DNA of 64,000 bases from Lama guanicoe. Lineage: Eukaryota. The DNA lies in assembly GCA_013239625.1 (NCBI GenBank), contig MU053513.1, positions 3,764,303 to 3,828,302 on the forward strand, read 5' to 3'. Below the pieces are notes generated by a model. That model had not been told where the DNA came from and made no database searches. It was given only the letters and a program-made list of their open reading frames with translations. Numbering within the stretch: the first letter of the stretch is position 1; each line of letters opens with the position of its first letter. The translations under genes were made by a program, and so were the position numbers. Positions 26,864 to 41,800 of this stretch are shown piece by piece.

Positions 26864-29800
26864 CTACAAAATAGAAAGAAATTTGTGGATCAGTTTTGTA
26901 GGGTAAATAAAACTGATTTAAAAACAGACAAAAACAATCCAAGGCAATGTTCTTTCATTACTTATTACAGCCGAGGGCACCAAGCTACACTAGTTCCACT
27001 GACCTCAGCAGGAACATTAGCTTATTCAGCATAGTGAATAAAGTATTAAATGAGAATCCAGGGATGGTTTACCCCAGAATCTTTATTTGCGGCCACAAGA
27101 TTTTGGCACTTTAATGTCCTCCGTCCATACCCCATTCACTGCACTTTACCTGCAGCTAGAGACACACGGGAGCTTTGTCTGAAGAGATGTTGCTAGCTCT
27201 CATATGAAGGTGCCTGTAGAGGATGACCCCCACCACCAGTTCTCATTTGTGAATGCTTAACTGCCTCTTGCTTAAACATACATCAAAACACATCTGATTC
27301 AGGCAACACCACGGTCATTCACGTGAACAAACACCTTTTTAGTCCTACTGTAAAGGGCAACTACAGTACAGGTTGATTTTTCTTTAACTGAACCTTAAAA
27401 TGAAGTTTCCATTCTCAGTAAGGACTGTGTTGCTTCAAACCAAACTTCCCTCTGAGAGCAACTAAGAAAGCTGGAAACATTTTTTTTTTTAAATCTGTTT
27501 GAAGGCATCTGAAAGATACCAAGGTAGGGAGAATCTTCAAAGTCAGATTCCAGAGGAGGAGGGAAATAAAACAAGGCTAATTTTCCTCCACAAGTTTATT
27601 AACAATTTTAAAAGAAAAGGAATGTCTGAGAGGCTGAGAAGTTTAGCAAAGTTTTCAAGAGTTAGACTTTGGCTAGGGGTGGAGAACACTGAAGAGAAGC
27701 TCTAGCTTAAAACAACCTAAACAAAGCACAGGCTTTTTTAGGGATCCCAAAGGGTTAAATCCAAGGAGTAGTGGCCCAGAAATATACCAGCCCTTGTGAG
27801 GACCAATGCTTGATTGGATTAACTTGATCTTCCCCTGAAAAATGCCTGCCACAGGCAAAATTAAATCCTTTCTGGTGGGAGATCTCATCCAGAGCCTCAA
27901 ATTATTTCCAACTTTTCATATCCTACATTTGGAGTTCAATAAAAAAATAACAAGGCAAATAAGAAGACATGACTCGGCTGAAACAAAAAAGAGAAAAAAC
28001 AATAGAACAGACCCACAAAAGATCCAGATGTTGGAGTTATTAAATATAAACTTTAATATAACAAATTTATTGAGGAATAAAGTGATAAAATAGATAATTC
28101 CAGCATAGAAGTGGAAACTACATAAAAGAATGAAATGGAAATTCTAAAACTGAAAACATAGTAACTGAAATTCAGAACTCAGTGGATGAGTTTTACAGCA
28201 TAGATAGAGAATTAGTGAACTGTAAAAGTTCTGTGAGAATAAAATATCAAGACTGAAAATGTGGAAGGGCAAAAGGCTGGAAAATAAGAATTTTTTCAAT
28301 AAGGGCAGAAACAATATTTGAAGAGACAAAGCTGATCCTTTTCCATAATGAAATACATCAAGCTACACAGTCAAGACGCCTATCAAGGCACCTTATAATA
28401 AAATCAAAAACTGAACCCAAAGAGAAACACTCGAGAAAAAAGACATTCACTTTCAAAGAAGCAAGAATAAGGTCAACAGCTGACTTCAACAGTTAAGTGA
28501 TATCAAGGTAATTAACCATCCATATTCTAAAAAGAAACACTGGAAGCCAGAAGACAACATTATTCATATCACCAAAGTGCTGAAAGAACACAGCTGCCAG
28601 GCTGCCAACCTAGATTTCCACATACAGAAGAGAAACCACTTACAATTGCATCAAAACTAACACTTATGAATAAACCTAACAAAAGATGTGCAAGTTACTA
28701 AACAGAAAACTCTGGAATAGAATAGAGTATTTGAAGATGACTTAAATAAATAGAAAGACAGACCAAGATCATAGTATCAAAGACAATATTACTAAGTGGC
28801 TGTTTCCTACAAATTTTTCTAACAGATTATATCAAAATCCCAACTGTTTTTCTTTTTTTTTTTGATGGAAAAATTTATGGAAATGCGGAGGGTCAAGAAT
28901 AAGCAATACAAATGTGAACAACAACAGAGTAAGAAGACTTGTACTATTGGATATCAAGAATTATGGGCTTAGCATAATTAAAACAGGTGGGTATTGATAC
29001 AAAAATAAAGAGACCAATAAAACAGAAGAGAGGGTACAGAAAATGACATACATTATTTGGACCCTTGACTTCTGACAAATGTGGTGCAGTCAAGCAGCTG
29101 GGAAACTGGCACCTTCATAAACATAAAAAAAAATTTTGCTCCCTATTTCACATCACATACAAAATTCAATTCCAGATAGACTGTAAATCTAAATGTCAAA
29201 GGTACAACAAAGTTTCTAGAAGGTAACATAGGAGGGATATCTTTATTACCTTTGAGTAGAAACAATTTCTTGAACAGGTCACAAAAAAAGCACTCCCCAA
29301 AAAGAAAAAACTGATGAGATGAACTACATTAAAATTAGGAGCTTATGCTCAACAAAACGTACCCTTAAGAGAGGAAAAAAAGGCAAGCCACTGAATAGGA
29401 GATATTTGCAACACATACAATCCTCAAAAACTTATTTATATGCAGAATATAGCCAGAACTAAAGCAAACCAAAAAAAAAAAAAAAAAAAAAAAAAACAAG
29501 CCAATAGACCAACAAACAAAAACTATAAATAGGCTCTTCAAAAAAATGATACACAAATGCCCAACGAAAAAATGCTCAATCTCAGCAGCCATGAGGCAAA
29601 GGCAAATGAAAACAATGAGACAGCACTAGACGGCCAACAAACTGGCTAAATTAAGTAGTCACACCATCCCATGTATTAGCGAGGATGTGAGCACCTTGAA
29701 CTCTCATGTGCTGCTGGTCCGCGGGTCAACTGGTTCAACTACCATGGGAAACTTTGGCAGAATCAACTAAAGTTTAGTGTATGTGTAGCCAGAACCCAAT

Positions 29801-32800
29801 GTTCCACTCCTGGGTATATACCAAATAGAAGTGTGAACTAATGTGCAGTAAAAGGCATGCACAAGAAAGTCCACAACAGTATGTACATAAAAGCCCAAAC
29901 TGGAAATAACACAAATGCCTATCAACCCTGAAGTGGACTGTGGTATATTTTCCTACAGTGGAATTCCGTGTAACGACGAAAACAAACAAATCACTGATTC
30001 TTGCCACAAGACAGAAGAATCTCATAAACACTGTAGTTGAGAGAAGCGAGACACAAGAATACATTCTGTATGTTTTGATTTATATAAAGTTCAAAATAGG
30101 CAAAACGAAGACATGATTTTCGAAGTCAAGGCAATGTTAACTTGGAGGAAGAAGACAATGATTGGCAGGAGATATCAGGGAGGCTTCGGGTGCTAATTAT
30201 GTTCTACTGCTTCGTCTGGGTGGCATTTACACGCATATGCTCCCTTTGTGAATTCATCAAGCTGAATACTTATGTGTACACTTTTCTGTATGTATGTTTT
30301 GCTTCAATAAAAAAAGCTTCTTTAACACAAAATTCAGCAAACCCCAATTTAAAAATCTGAGTGTGAATACTTTCTGTGACCATAGGAAAATAAGTTATTT
30401 AAATATGATTAGATAAAACAAAAAAAAATGTTTTCCTAAAAATCAAGCACTATGAGTTATTATCACATTTGCATTTTAGCCGTGAGGTTAGTGTTAAACT
30501 TGCCCCTTAAAAGGTAATCACGGAAGTAAGAATGTTGGGTAGTTCTGCTCCCTACTGCACTCCCCACAATATTTTTCAGCTGCTACTGAGGTAATATTTC
30601 AAAATGTGAATCTTATCAATCATGTACTATTAGAAGTTACCAGTAATTGATTGCTTGGGAGACAGCTGTTAAATATTAGGATACCTACCATCCATATAAC
30701 TATGCAGCGCAGTTAGCATCGTCCCATCTTGGGGCACGTAGGCGGAATAAGCCATTTCTTCCAGCATGGGTGGTGACAGCCTGGAGGGCGGGACTGCTGT
30801 GACTGGGGCAGAGGAGGAGTGGTTAGGACTGACGTGCTTCTTGTGACGTGCTCTACAGTTCTGAAACCACACCTGAGGGAAGGAAAAAGCAATGCAGCTA
30901 CGTCACATTATCAGCTCGATTTAACAGGGAATGTGACCTCAATTACTCTACCATAGAAGCACAGTATAAACCTTTAAATAAGCTTTTTTTCCCCCCCAAA
31001 AAATCCTCTGGACATAAGAAAAACATTTTTGCATAATTATCTTGCACAATCTTTGCACATTTTCTTTGCCCAGATAATGACTATGTGGTGATTTACTTAA
31101 AACCTGATTCTATACTAAACCAGCATCTTCCAAAATAAAAATGGGGAAGGGATTCAAGAACTCCAAAAAAGTTTCCTTGGTTTTACTACTGGCATTTGGG
31201 ATGAGGAGGAAAACAGGAAAAGATCTTTCAATCAGAAATTTAAAAAATAAATAAATAAATGACTAAATGTATTCTCAGACACCTGCTGGACTTACTTTAA
31301 ATTCTTTTTCAAATGACTAAAATTCCTACTGAGAACTTAAAGCTTTCTACAAACCTCTTGATTCAGTTATTCCAGTCACATTTTAACCTGCTGAGTTCAA
31401 TTTCTCTTGGTGAATACATAGGCTATTCTTAAAGAAACAAGTTAAGGTCAGGCTTACAATAAGAAACAACTAGTGATATTTAAGCAGAATAAAATACAAA
31501 CACATCCACTGGTGGAAAAGTTCACAAAATGTAAAGAGCTAACCACCCTGTTGTCTCCTCTATTGCAGAAATAAAGGAAGCCAATTTTGGGTAAGCGCAG
31601 TTAGACAGGCAGGTCAGCATAAGGAAGGCTAGACTGCCCAGGATGCCTCCAGTAACTAAGCTACCTGCATTTGAACTCCCTGCTCCTAGATAAAACTTGC
31701 CTACAAACTGTTACTCTATTAAAATACGATAGCATTGATTTGCTATCACTCCAAACAATTTTGTCATAAGAAAAGAGAGAAGTGGAGGGGTAAAATCTTT
31801 AAGGAAATTAGGATAAGAACATTTGGGGATCAGGGCAGAAGGCTAAGGGCCTAAGTTGGCCCAGGGCTGACAGGTAGTTACTTGATGGCACAAGGGAATC
31901 AGGGCGGAATAATGTGAAACAGAAGGAAGCTGTAAAAAAGATTTAGATGAAAAAAGCTGACCTGATTTCAAAGACACACCTTGCCCTTGGGACTCAGAAA
32001 CAGAAGGCTGCAAAGTATAAACTCAGGGTTAAAAACAAAGCAATAAAAACTAATAATGTAATGGGGTATGCAGCTTTGAGCAGGTGGCTGAGAGGTTGCA
32101 CCTGAGGAGTATTTCAGGAACAAACTTAGGCACTGATCAAGGAAAAGAAGTGAGAAGTCCCAGCCTTCTCCCCCAACTTCTGGAAAGTTGGACTCTTAGA
32201 TACCTACACAGAGACCATACCCAAAGCCTTCAGTCACAGTTCTCTTAACAACAGGTGCCACCGCTGTCACCTACACAGCCGAAAAGACATATACTTTCTC
32301 CAGCTTGTAAGCGGGGACTGCTGCCACCTGCCTTTTCCCTGAGGAAAGCTCCTGAAGACATGCACCCCAGAGGACTGCATACAACCCAATATAGATGGCA
32401 CTAGGATTCCCAGAGTCTCTTCAAAGTATCTTGTCTCCAATAAATTACATACATACATATTGGATAGAACCTATTCAGTTACTTTTTTTAATCCCAAACT
32501 TTGTCAATAAATATGAAGGCATGATATGAACAATAGATTAACTACCTTAACTGCCAATTCAAATAGCTCCTTGGAAAGATAACAGGTAATTAAGCAGAGA
32601 GAGGTTTGAGAACAAAGTGTAATGTAACTTGCACAGCAAAATACAGTTAAGGATTCCAGACGTCAGAAAGTAACTTCTGACATGAGGGCTGCCTAGCTTC
32701 AGGATTCAAATACAAGTCCTTTTGACTCTCTTCACTGACTTAAAATTTCCTCCTCCTGATTTGTAAACTTCTGACAAGAATTAAATTTTCTTCTGAGCAA

Positions 32801-35800
32801 CATACTTGAAACATTTTTGGGTTTTAAACTGTGAGATACATATGCTGAAAGTAGGTCATGTAGACATTCTGCAAAAGAAAAGACTAACGCATAAAAGGAA
32901 TCTCTTAAAACACCCAAAGAACCAAATACGGGAATTTAATGTATGACAAAGATGGAACTTTAAATAACTGGGAAATACTGCCTTAGAGAAAGCTGACTAA
33001 TTATTTGGGAGGAAAAAAAATAGAAAGATATCTACCTTACAATATGTAACCAAAAGTCAATTCCAGATAAATTAAAGTTTAGGTGTAAATAGGTGTTTAA
33101 GGAACAAAAGCCAACACTGTATACTCTTCAGGTAGGGAAGCATAAAAAAGGCCAAAGTTATGAGAAGAAAAATGTTGGGAGATTTGATTTTGTTATTCAA
33201 CAAAAATATAGACGTTCTATGTGGAAAAAATAAATGAAAAGGAAATTGATGAACCATGAGCGTTTAACACGATAAACAGAATAAAAAGCAGTAAGTGGAG
33301 AGAAAGAAAATAATCCAATAGAAAAGTGAGCTAAAAACAATTTAAAATTACAAAATAAGCAAACACGATAGGTTTATTGATAATAAAAGAAATACAAATG
33401 AAAACAATTTTCTGACTACCAAACTGAAAAGGATGTAGAAGAATGATAGTTTTAAAGACGTGCATGGCCTGGGGAAAGGGAAATTTCATAAGAAGCAGAA
33501 CAAACTGCTTATGACCTTTCTGCAAGGTGGTTTTTGTATTATCAGTTAAAGGTCCTAAAAAATGTTTTATCTTTTGATGCAACAATCCCACTTCTAGAAA
33601 TTTATCCTATGGGAACTACTGAACAAATATGCAAGGTGTATATAAAATGTTCACTGAAGCGTTTTTATGATAGCGAAAAACTGGAAATAAACAGAATAAA
33701 CCGTGCTATGCTCAATATGTGCAGCAGTAAAAATGATGTAGATCTTAATATAGAAAGAGAATTCCTGGCACACTGATCGAAAGAAATAGCAATGTTTTAT
33801 CTTGTTTCCATAAGATACACAAGTCGTAATTCACCTCTGAAAGGATAGGTGAACAATGGCTGTATCTGGATGCAGAGAGTTAAAAGTAAAATCATCCATC
33901 TTTATTCTGTGGTTTCAGTTCAGTGATGATCTGCTCTATTATGTCTCACTAAGCAGACTTTAACAGGTAAAGGTGAGATTATCTCCGTGTCAGACCATTG
34001 TTTCTACCTAATCTTTGGGTAACCTAGGTAGCAAATTATAATCAAGGCCTAGCAATCAAATCTCTAATTTTTCTGAAGTGTGCTTAATGCTAGGCAGTAG
34101 GCTCATGAAAGAGGTTATGACTACCATTTGAGATCGCAGTAATTAATTCTTCAAAAATACTGTGAAGGACTATATACCTAAATTGTATACACATATACAT
34201 ATTCACATACTTTATATATGCATGCTAGCATTCCTTCCTTTGCCATCTTATCAAGAATATTTAAATTCAATTTTCACATATTAAAAGCCACCACTATCCA
34301 ACAATATATTCTCCTAGTTTTAGTGCCTGGAATCAAGTTAACTTGCTCGTAATATTGGTGACCTAAATACCTGGAAATTACATGACAGATATCTGTCTGG
34401 TGTCCTTACTTCTTCAAGTAATAAGAAAAGCTCTCAGAAAATCCTCCATTTTCATTTGCTTCCAACTTCAAAATAATTTAAAACCTAATAATCATGAATC
34501 TGACTTAGCTGCAGGAGCCACTGTCATTGAAGTATAGTGCCTTAGATTAGAGGGAACCCTCAGGGCATTGCATCTGAACTACCTCAGCAAAGAAAGCATC
34601 ACTTCCAGGTCCAGGAAACTCACTACCCCAGTGGGAGCCCATGCCAGTTTTGTAGCCTTGGATACTGAGAAGATTCTTCATTGTGAGTAAAATCTGTTTC
34701 TTCTGTCATCCCCTTGCAGAGACGTGATCCTGCTGTCGGCAGGACAGCCTTTCACATATATTTAAAGACATCTACTCGGTTTATAGTTTTCCTTCCCCTA
34801 CCACCTCCTAATCTTTTCTCCAGATAAATATCCCTGTTGCCATTAATACCAGCACATTATTTATAGACTTTCACAACCTTAACCTTTCTCTAAAGGGAGC
34901 ACTCTTTTCACAATGGTTCCTTGTTAGTCCCTTTCTAAAATGCAGCACTTGGAAATAAACACAATATCCTGGACTTTTGAAAAGTACTGAGGTCATGGGA
35001 CTTGCCTCCTCAGAGAACCTCATTACACTGCACTCAACCAAATCCATTGGGAATCTGGGTCTTTAGAGAAGCTGCAGTACCATCAGGTCTTTCCCACTGG
35101 CTTCTTGGTACAGATGATTTTTTAAAACTATGAAATACTTCCGGCTTACTAGGAACAAGCTGAAGAATAAACACCTGCTTACCAACCACCTAATTTAAGA
35201 AATAAAACATTCTATGTGCAGTGTTGTACTTAATGTTTCTGCCATCGAACTTCATCTCGATAGTTAATTACTTGCATTATTAATTCCTCTTTTTAACCTA
35301 AAGTGTTATTTAAAATTATTTTCCATTTCCCTAATCTGAGGGAAATATAAGATCCTCACACAGCTGACCACCTCCATCTTGAACCCATCTCAATCCTTGG
35401 GCCTCCAGGATGCTTCTATGCCAAATTCATTCCTTGATTCTGGTTGTAACTAATTCAAACAGCACCCCTTACCTTGCTCTCTCCATTAAGTCCATTCTTC
35501 ACTTTTTACTGTTCATAATCTCTTTCCAAAGCAACTTACCCAATTTCATGGCATTGGATCTGAGCCCTGCTCATCCTTTAAAACATCTGTTTATATACTC
35601 ACTTGCCACCATCATTGCACGATCAGTAGAACCAGAAGGGAATTCACCTCCCTCCCAGCTTTTTTTGTCTTAAAAACTTTAACACTCCTGTCAATATCAC
35701 CATTTCTGTGGATATTTTGACTTCAAATTTAAGTGTCATCTTTGATTTCTCTCTGCTTCCCCATTATAGCATCCAGGTCTTTTTCTTGTTTCTCTAGCAT

Positions 35801-38800
35801 CCAGAACCTGCCATCAATGTTTAGTCATTAAAAGGTTTCCCAATGAATTCTAGGCCATTACCTCACTAAAGTCTCTTCTCAAAAAATCACTACTTTGTTA
35901 GTGAGAATGTAACTTGGGGCAGCCACTGTGGAAAACAATATGGAGGTTTCTCAAAAAGCTAAAAATAGAGCTACCACTTGACCCAACAATTCCATGCCTG
36001 GGTATATATCTGAGAAAAACAAAAAAGACTAACTCAAAAAGATCAACATTCATAGCACCATTATCTACAATTGCCAAGGTATGGAAGCAACCTAAGTGTC
36101 CATCAACAGATGAATGGATAAAGAATATGTGAGATACACACACGCACACAGACACACAAACACACACTCACAATGGAATACTACTCATCCGTAGAAAAGA
36201 ATGAAATTTTGCCATCCGCAGCAACATGGATGGACTTGAACAGCATTATGCTAAGTGAAGTAAGTCAGAGAAAGACAAATACTGTATGATACTGCTTATA
36301 TGTAGAATCTAAAAAACACAACAAACTAGTGAATAAAACAGAAAAGACATAAACTCACAGATTTAGAGAAAAAACTAGTGGTTACCAGAAAGGAGAGGGA
36401 AAAGGGTAGGGGCAATATAAGGGTATAGGGGGAAAAAAAGGGTTATTATGGATTATAGGAAATCATGTGTGTGAAACTTTTGAAAATTATAAAGCTGTAT
36501 AGAATTTAAAGAATCTTTCATTCAAAAAAAAATCACTACTTTGCTGGGCATCCTAGCTAATGTGCCTGTCTCTATCAGTTTCTCCCAACACTAATTCTTC
36601 TTATGTACTCTCACCAGCCCTTTCTTCCTAAAGTCACATTATCACAGCTTTCTCCTGCTCAGGAGAGAATTCTACATTCACAAGCCTCTCCAAGTTCAGC
36701 TCCAATAATCCCATCTCCTACAATCTGCAAACATAAATTTTATTTTTCAACACATTTGCTCTAACTCATCCTTCCTTGTTTTTTTTTCACACCACTCCTT
36801 CTACCAGGATCTTTAACACAGACCATCAGCATCCCCTACACACACACACACACTCACTCACATACACAATCATAGAAAAGCAGAAAAAAATTCTGGCCTC
36901 AGAAACAACCTAGGAATCAAAGTTGTCTTTTTAGCCTAAGGATGTTAGGGTTGCTGTGAGCAATGAATGAAGTAACTCGTGCAAAGATTCATTTAACAAA
37001 CAGCAGCCAAGCCCAAGCAGGCTAATTATCAGGTTCAAAAGAACTGATTTAGTGAGAAGAGACCTAAAATGGGAAACTGATACTTTGACATTTCTTCACA
37101 AAAGAAAACCAATGCACAGTTATAAAGTTCTAGAATAAACTTTTAGCATCTCTTAAAATAATCACCTGTATCACACGTCTGCTCAAGCCTGTCCTTTCTG
37201 CCAGTTTCTGGAGGGTCTGTGCATCTGGGTTGTTGTCCTGAGCAAACTGTGCTTGCATAACCTGTTTTTTAAAAAATGCAGGTAGTAAACAGCTAAAAAT
37301 AAGAAGCTCCGTCTTCTGCATTTTGATGACAAGAGAGATAAGACATGCACAAGAAAATGGGATACTTGTATTTTATTACTTGAAAATCAGTATAAGGAAG
37401 TATGTATAAATAAAAAGAATGTATATTGTGTAAATTTATGCACAAACTGCTATGTTGAAATCTTAAAAAAAATTTCAACATGAAAATTTGTCTCTCAACT
37501 ATGCTGTTAAAAATAAGCTCACCTTTTCTTCCATTCTTACAGCCCACAAATAAAATGCATAATAGTATAAGTCTATTTGCTGTTTTTTCCATTTTGTTAA
37601 AAATTGCTAGCATTAAAAAGCTTAAAAATACAAAAATCATATCTTCAACCTCTACTGAGTTAAATAGGTTCAAGGCCCCTACAACAATTTTTATCAGTCT
37701 GCAAATAGTAGACAGTGCAACAGATGGATTCCACTTAATTGTAATGACTCCTTCATTAATTGTTCTACTACTTGCTCTATGCAAAGGAGTATCTGGGATC
37801 TTAAAAAGATACCCACTGGCTCACTGAATAAGGATTTCCTAGGATCTAGACATTTCTAGATTGAAAAATTCCCAGGTGAATCTGCTATGAACCTTTGGAT
37901 TGGAATCTGGTCTCAACTTCCTGGGAGAAAGATATGGACATGCCAGTTATTAGCAACAACACAAGCTAAAGTGAGAAGCGTGGAGTGAGGGTAGGGGGTG
38001 GGGGAGAAGTACCAGAATAAATGCACACGCCAAGGGCTTTGGATTCTTTAGAGAAGGGAATCACTGGAATCAAGTGGGATATTTGAACTTTACTACTTAA
38101 AAGTCAACAGAGGGAAGTATTACAAAATATGAAGAAAGTATTAATAAAGAATGAGAGGTGGGAGTCTGGCATTCAACATGATGGTGCATGTCTGTGGGCA
38201 TGCAATGCGGGTAACCTAAAGACGTTAAGTACTCCTGACCTCAACACCATTTCCAACAGACGAAATGGACTGCAATCTCTGCCATACTCCTCAAGTAATA
38301 CTATCTTCTGCCACTGCACTTGTCACGAGGTAGCTACATAATTCATTAGCAGGTCTAGCTTCCCACAGCAGAAAGCAAGCTTCTTGAAGGCAAAGGGAAC
38401 GTCTTATTCTTCACATCCCCACGAGTTAATCCCCCTTCCTGTCACATGGTATGTGCTTAAGAGTTTGTGACAGAATAACTCTGACAATGCAAGGAAAATC
38501 TGAAGATGATGTGGAAAAAAAGACCAATGTTGCTCCAGGAAACTTTATGAGGTTACAAATTATATAATTTATTCAGTTAAGTTCTCTCAGATAGTGACTC
38601 TTCTAGAATAAGGTATTTCTGGCTTCTTGTCCAACTATATACTTGTCATCTATCACTGTAAACAAAACCATGTGTATTTTTGCTTTAAAAATGGGCAGAA
38701 TCAGCCTGAAAGTTCATAACCTCACCCAGTTCACTTCATTTCCTACTCCAAATGTGTTACTTTAATATCTTCATGTATGTAGGTATGTTTATATGTAGTT

Positions 38801-41800
38801 GAGCAAGTAACATTCCAAGGAGGAAAAAAAATGAGCAGATTAATTATGTCTTTGTTTTTTAATTTTTCAAGGGAAAAAGCTGAACAGATATTTAAAGATT
38901 TGCTTGTAAGGCCATTATTGATCACTTATGAAACAAAAACAGCATGCTTTTCACAAATGCATTTCAAATTCACAATTTAATAATGAAACCAAATGACATT
39001 TACTAAAGCAATTTCTCATCAAGGAATAAAGAAAAACTTGGAATATGCTAAAGGAAAAGTAAGATGTGTTGATCAGTATTTAGTCTCACAAAAGAACTCT
39101 TTTAATTTTGACTTAGTTTCATTACTCTTCAGTTACTAACGATGCCAGAACCCACCCTGCTCCTTTTCTGAGCTCTTTTAACATGGTCAAGGAGCGAGCC
39201 TCTGTAGACACATCATTTTAAGGCCAGGAAGTCTACCAGAAAAGTCAGGAGTCTGCATGGTAGCAGCCAACCAAGTTGATCTGAAAGTAGATTAAAGTAG
39301 GCGCTAACCTTGGCATGTTTACCATTAATAATCCTTGAGCAAGTGCTTCCAACTACAATAAACAAACCATAATACTGGCAGTAACTTCTTAAATACAATT
39401 TCTACAAATGAGACAATATTTGAAATGTTTTTGCCAACATAAAATAACATTCTACTTTGTAAGTCTTGAACTATATTTCCTTCCCATACGTTTCTAAAGA
39501 AGCTTTGGGGAAAATTATTTTGTTTATTTCTCCCATTTTAACTCTCCTCTGTCCAGAGCAGGTACTCTATGAATACCCTTGACTTCCTTGACCTATATTT
39601 TATTGTTTTGCTGAATTCAAGCACTATTTGAATACATTTAGTTTTTTGAAAATTAGGACAATTTGACAATGAGCTACATTGCCTGATTTATTCGATGTTC
39701 TAGCAAAGTATAATGATTCAAGCTATCTTAGATTCCTAAACTACAAAGAACCTCTTGAGAACAAGGATTGTGTCTCATTTGTTTCAGCCACTCCTGGTAT
39801 AGATAGATACTAATAAATATTGAATAAATGAGAACATGTTTTGAAAGTATATAATTTCTGCTCTCATTTTAAAAAACCTACGATTCTGATACAATTTTTT
39901 TAAACTTATGAATCAGATCACATTTTCATATAATAATGCATGACTTAAATTGTTTATGCAAATTTGCAATTTAAAATTATAAGGTGATCTACAAGATTCT
40001 CACTCTCGTTTTAGCTGCCACTGCCATTAGGTGGAGTTTTGTTAAGGCACAGTTCTACTCTTGGTCTCCCGGGAGGCCAAGCAAAATGAAAAGACTAGAA
40101 ACCTGAGGAGCAGGGTCCAAATCTTTTCTCTGTTATTCCCTTGGTGGTCTGCCTTGAGGGGAGTCCCTGTACTTCCTGGATGAGGCTACCTACATCAAGG
40201 GATTATTGTAAGATAAAAGAGACAGTGTAGAGAAAACGCTGGCACAGGACTTGGCATACAAAGACCTCCACGAATATTATTCCCTTTCTATTTAGTCAGT
40301 ATCTGTACCTATCTTCCTATATGAGACTGTGTATCTACCTAAAGTGGTTTCAAATTTGCACACTTATCCTTTTACTATTAAATTTTTATATCAAACTAAA
40401 ATGATCAGCCTTGTGACTATTAAAATTATAGCCAGACTTTCCTGGAAACAGCCCATTTTAAGAATAGAATGTATTTATATTAGACATTCTATCTTAACTC
40501 AGACACCTTTTAGCTACTAGCTATTTTGCTTCCAGGTCTCCCATAGGTATTCTCATCTCCTAACTTAGAGCTTTATGTGATCTTTATTACAACCAAATGA
40601 GGCTTCCAGAAAAGCAAGATTCAGACATTTCTTTCAATTGCCTTATCTTTCACTTCTTACTTACTGACCATGTAGCTGATGCTTAAACTAAGAAATCCAG
40701 CACAATCATCTGGAAATTTTTCAGAATGGATCTAGATTTTAATGCTAGATTGCTTTCCAATGCCATTAAGTTCCTTTGGACTATTTGTGTCATATCAAGG
40801 CTCCTTTCTTGTTCTCAAAATAAAAATTCTCTTGAAACACTTTTACTGCATTCATCTCAAATACTGACAAGTCTTAGAATATTATTATGTGATTTTTCAA
40901 AAAATTACTTTGAGTTGTTAATATTGTGTAAATGTCCTTTAAAGTCTGAGCTAAAACAGCTACTATGTATAAAGCACCCAGCAGTACATGGTAGGTGCTC
41001 AATAAATGTTATTTCACCTTAATGTAAAATAAATAATTCAGTTCCCTTAATAACTCAATTGCCTTAATCTTTGGGAAAACTGATTTCTTTATCTGAAAAA
41101 ATGCAAGAAAAAAATCCTTATAAGTATAAACTTAAATATAAAGCAAGGAGTAATTACTTCATTATCTTTAACAACTTACACAAATAGAACTTATGACAAT
41201 TATACTTAAGGCAACTAAGTTGAAAATGAGCCATCCCTTTTCAGGGGACATAATCTTTAGCATCAAATTATAGGATTACTCCCTCTACTATCTTTAAAAA
41301 CAAGAAGGGGTCTACTTGATTGGAGTCAATCAATAGACTCCTGTTTATTGGAAGGCATATTCAATTCTTTCCTACTCAAAAATGTACAGTTTTGACCATT
41401 AAATGTGGTTTGTTAAAAAAAGATGAACACATTAGTGTCCCACAGACCCACATACTATATGTCTTTCTGTTAAGAGTTCTAAAATTCTTTGTCTTCTATC
41501 ACAATTATACACAGTAATGTAAATACCTGAGTTAAACGGATTTTTATCAGGCAGTCAGGACAGATCAACATTTTGTTTCCACTTTGATGTTAACACCAAC
41601 AAACCCCAGGGAAACAAACTTGAATGACTAGCTCATATCATATTATGACTCTCAAAATACTGATAAACATTTTAGGACAATGTTTTCATACATTTAACAA
41701 GTTAGTTCTCACAAAAAGACAGGTTAACCTTTTCGAAAACATAAAAATGTTTTTAGACAGCATAGAGATTGTTTTGTTGTTGTTGTCTGGTTTTGTTAAT

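Noticed and set aside
37293..37827. 163-aa and 115-aa hydrophobic ORFs in intron 6
   Set aside because: AT-rich intronic sequence with composition-driven hydrophobicity and no homology evident.
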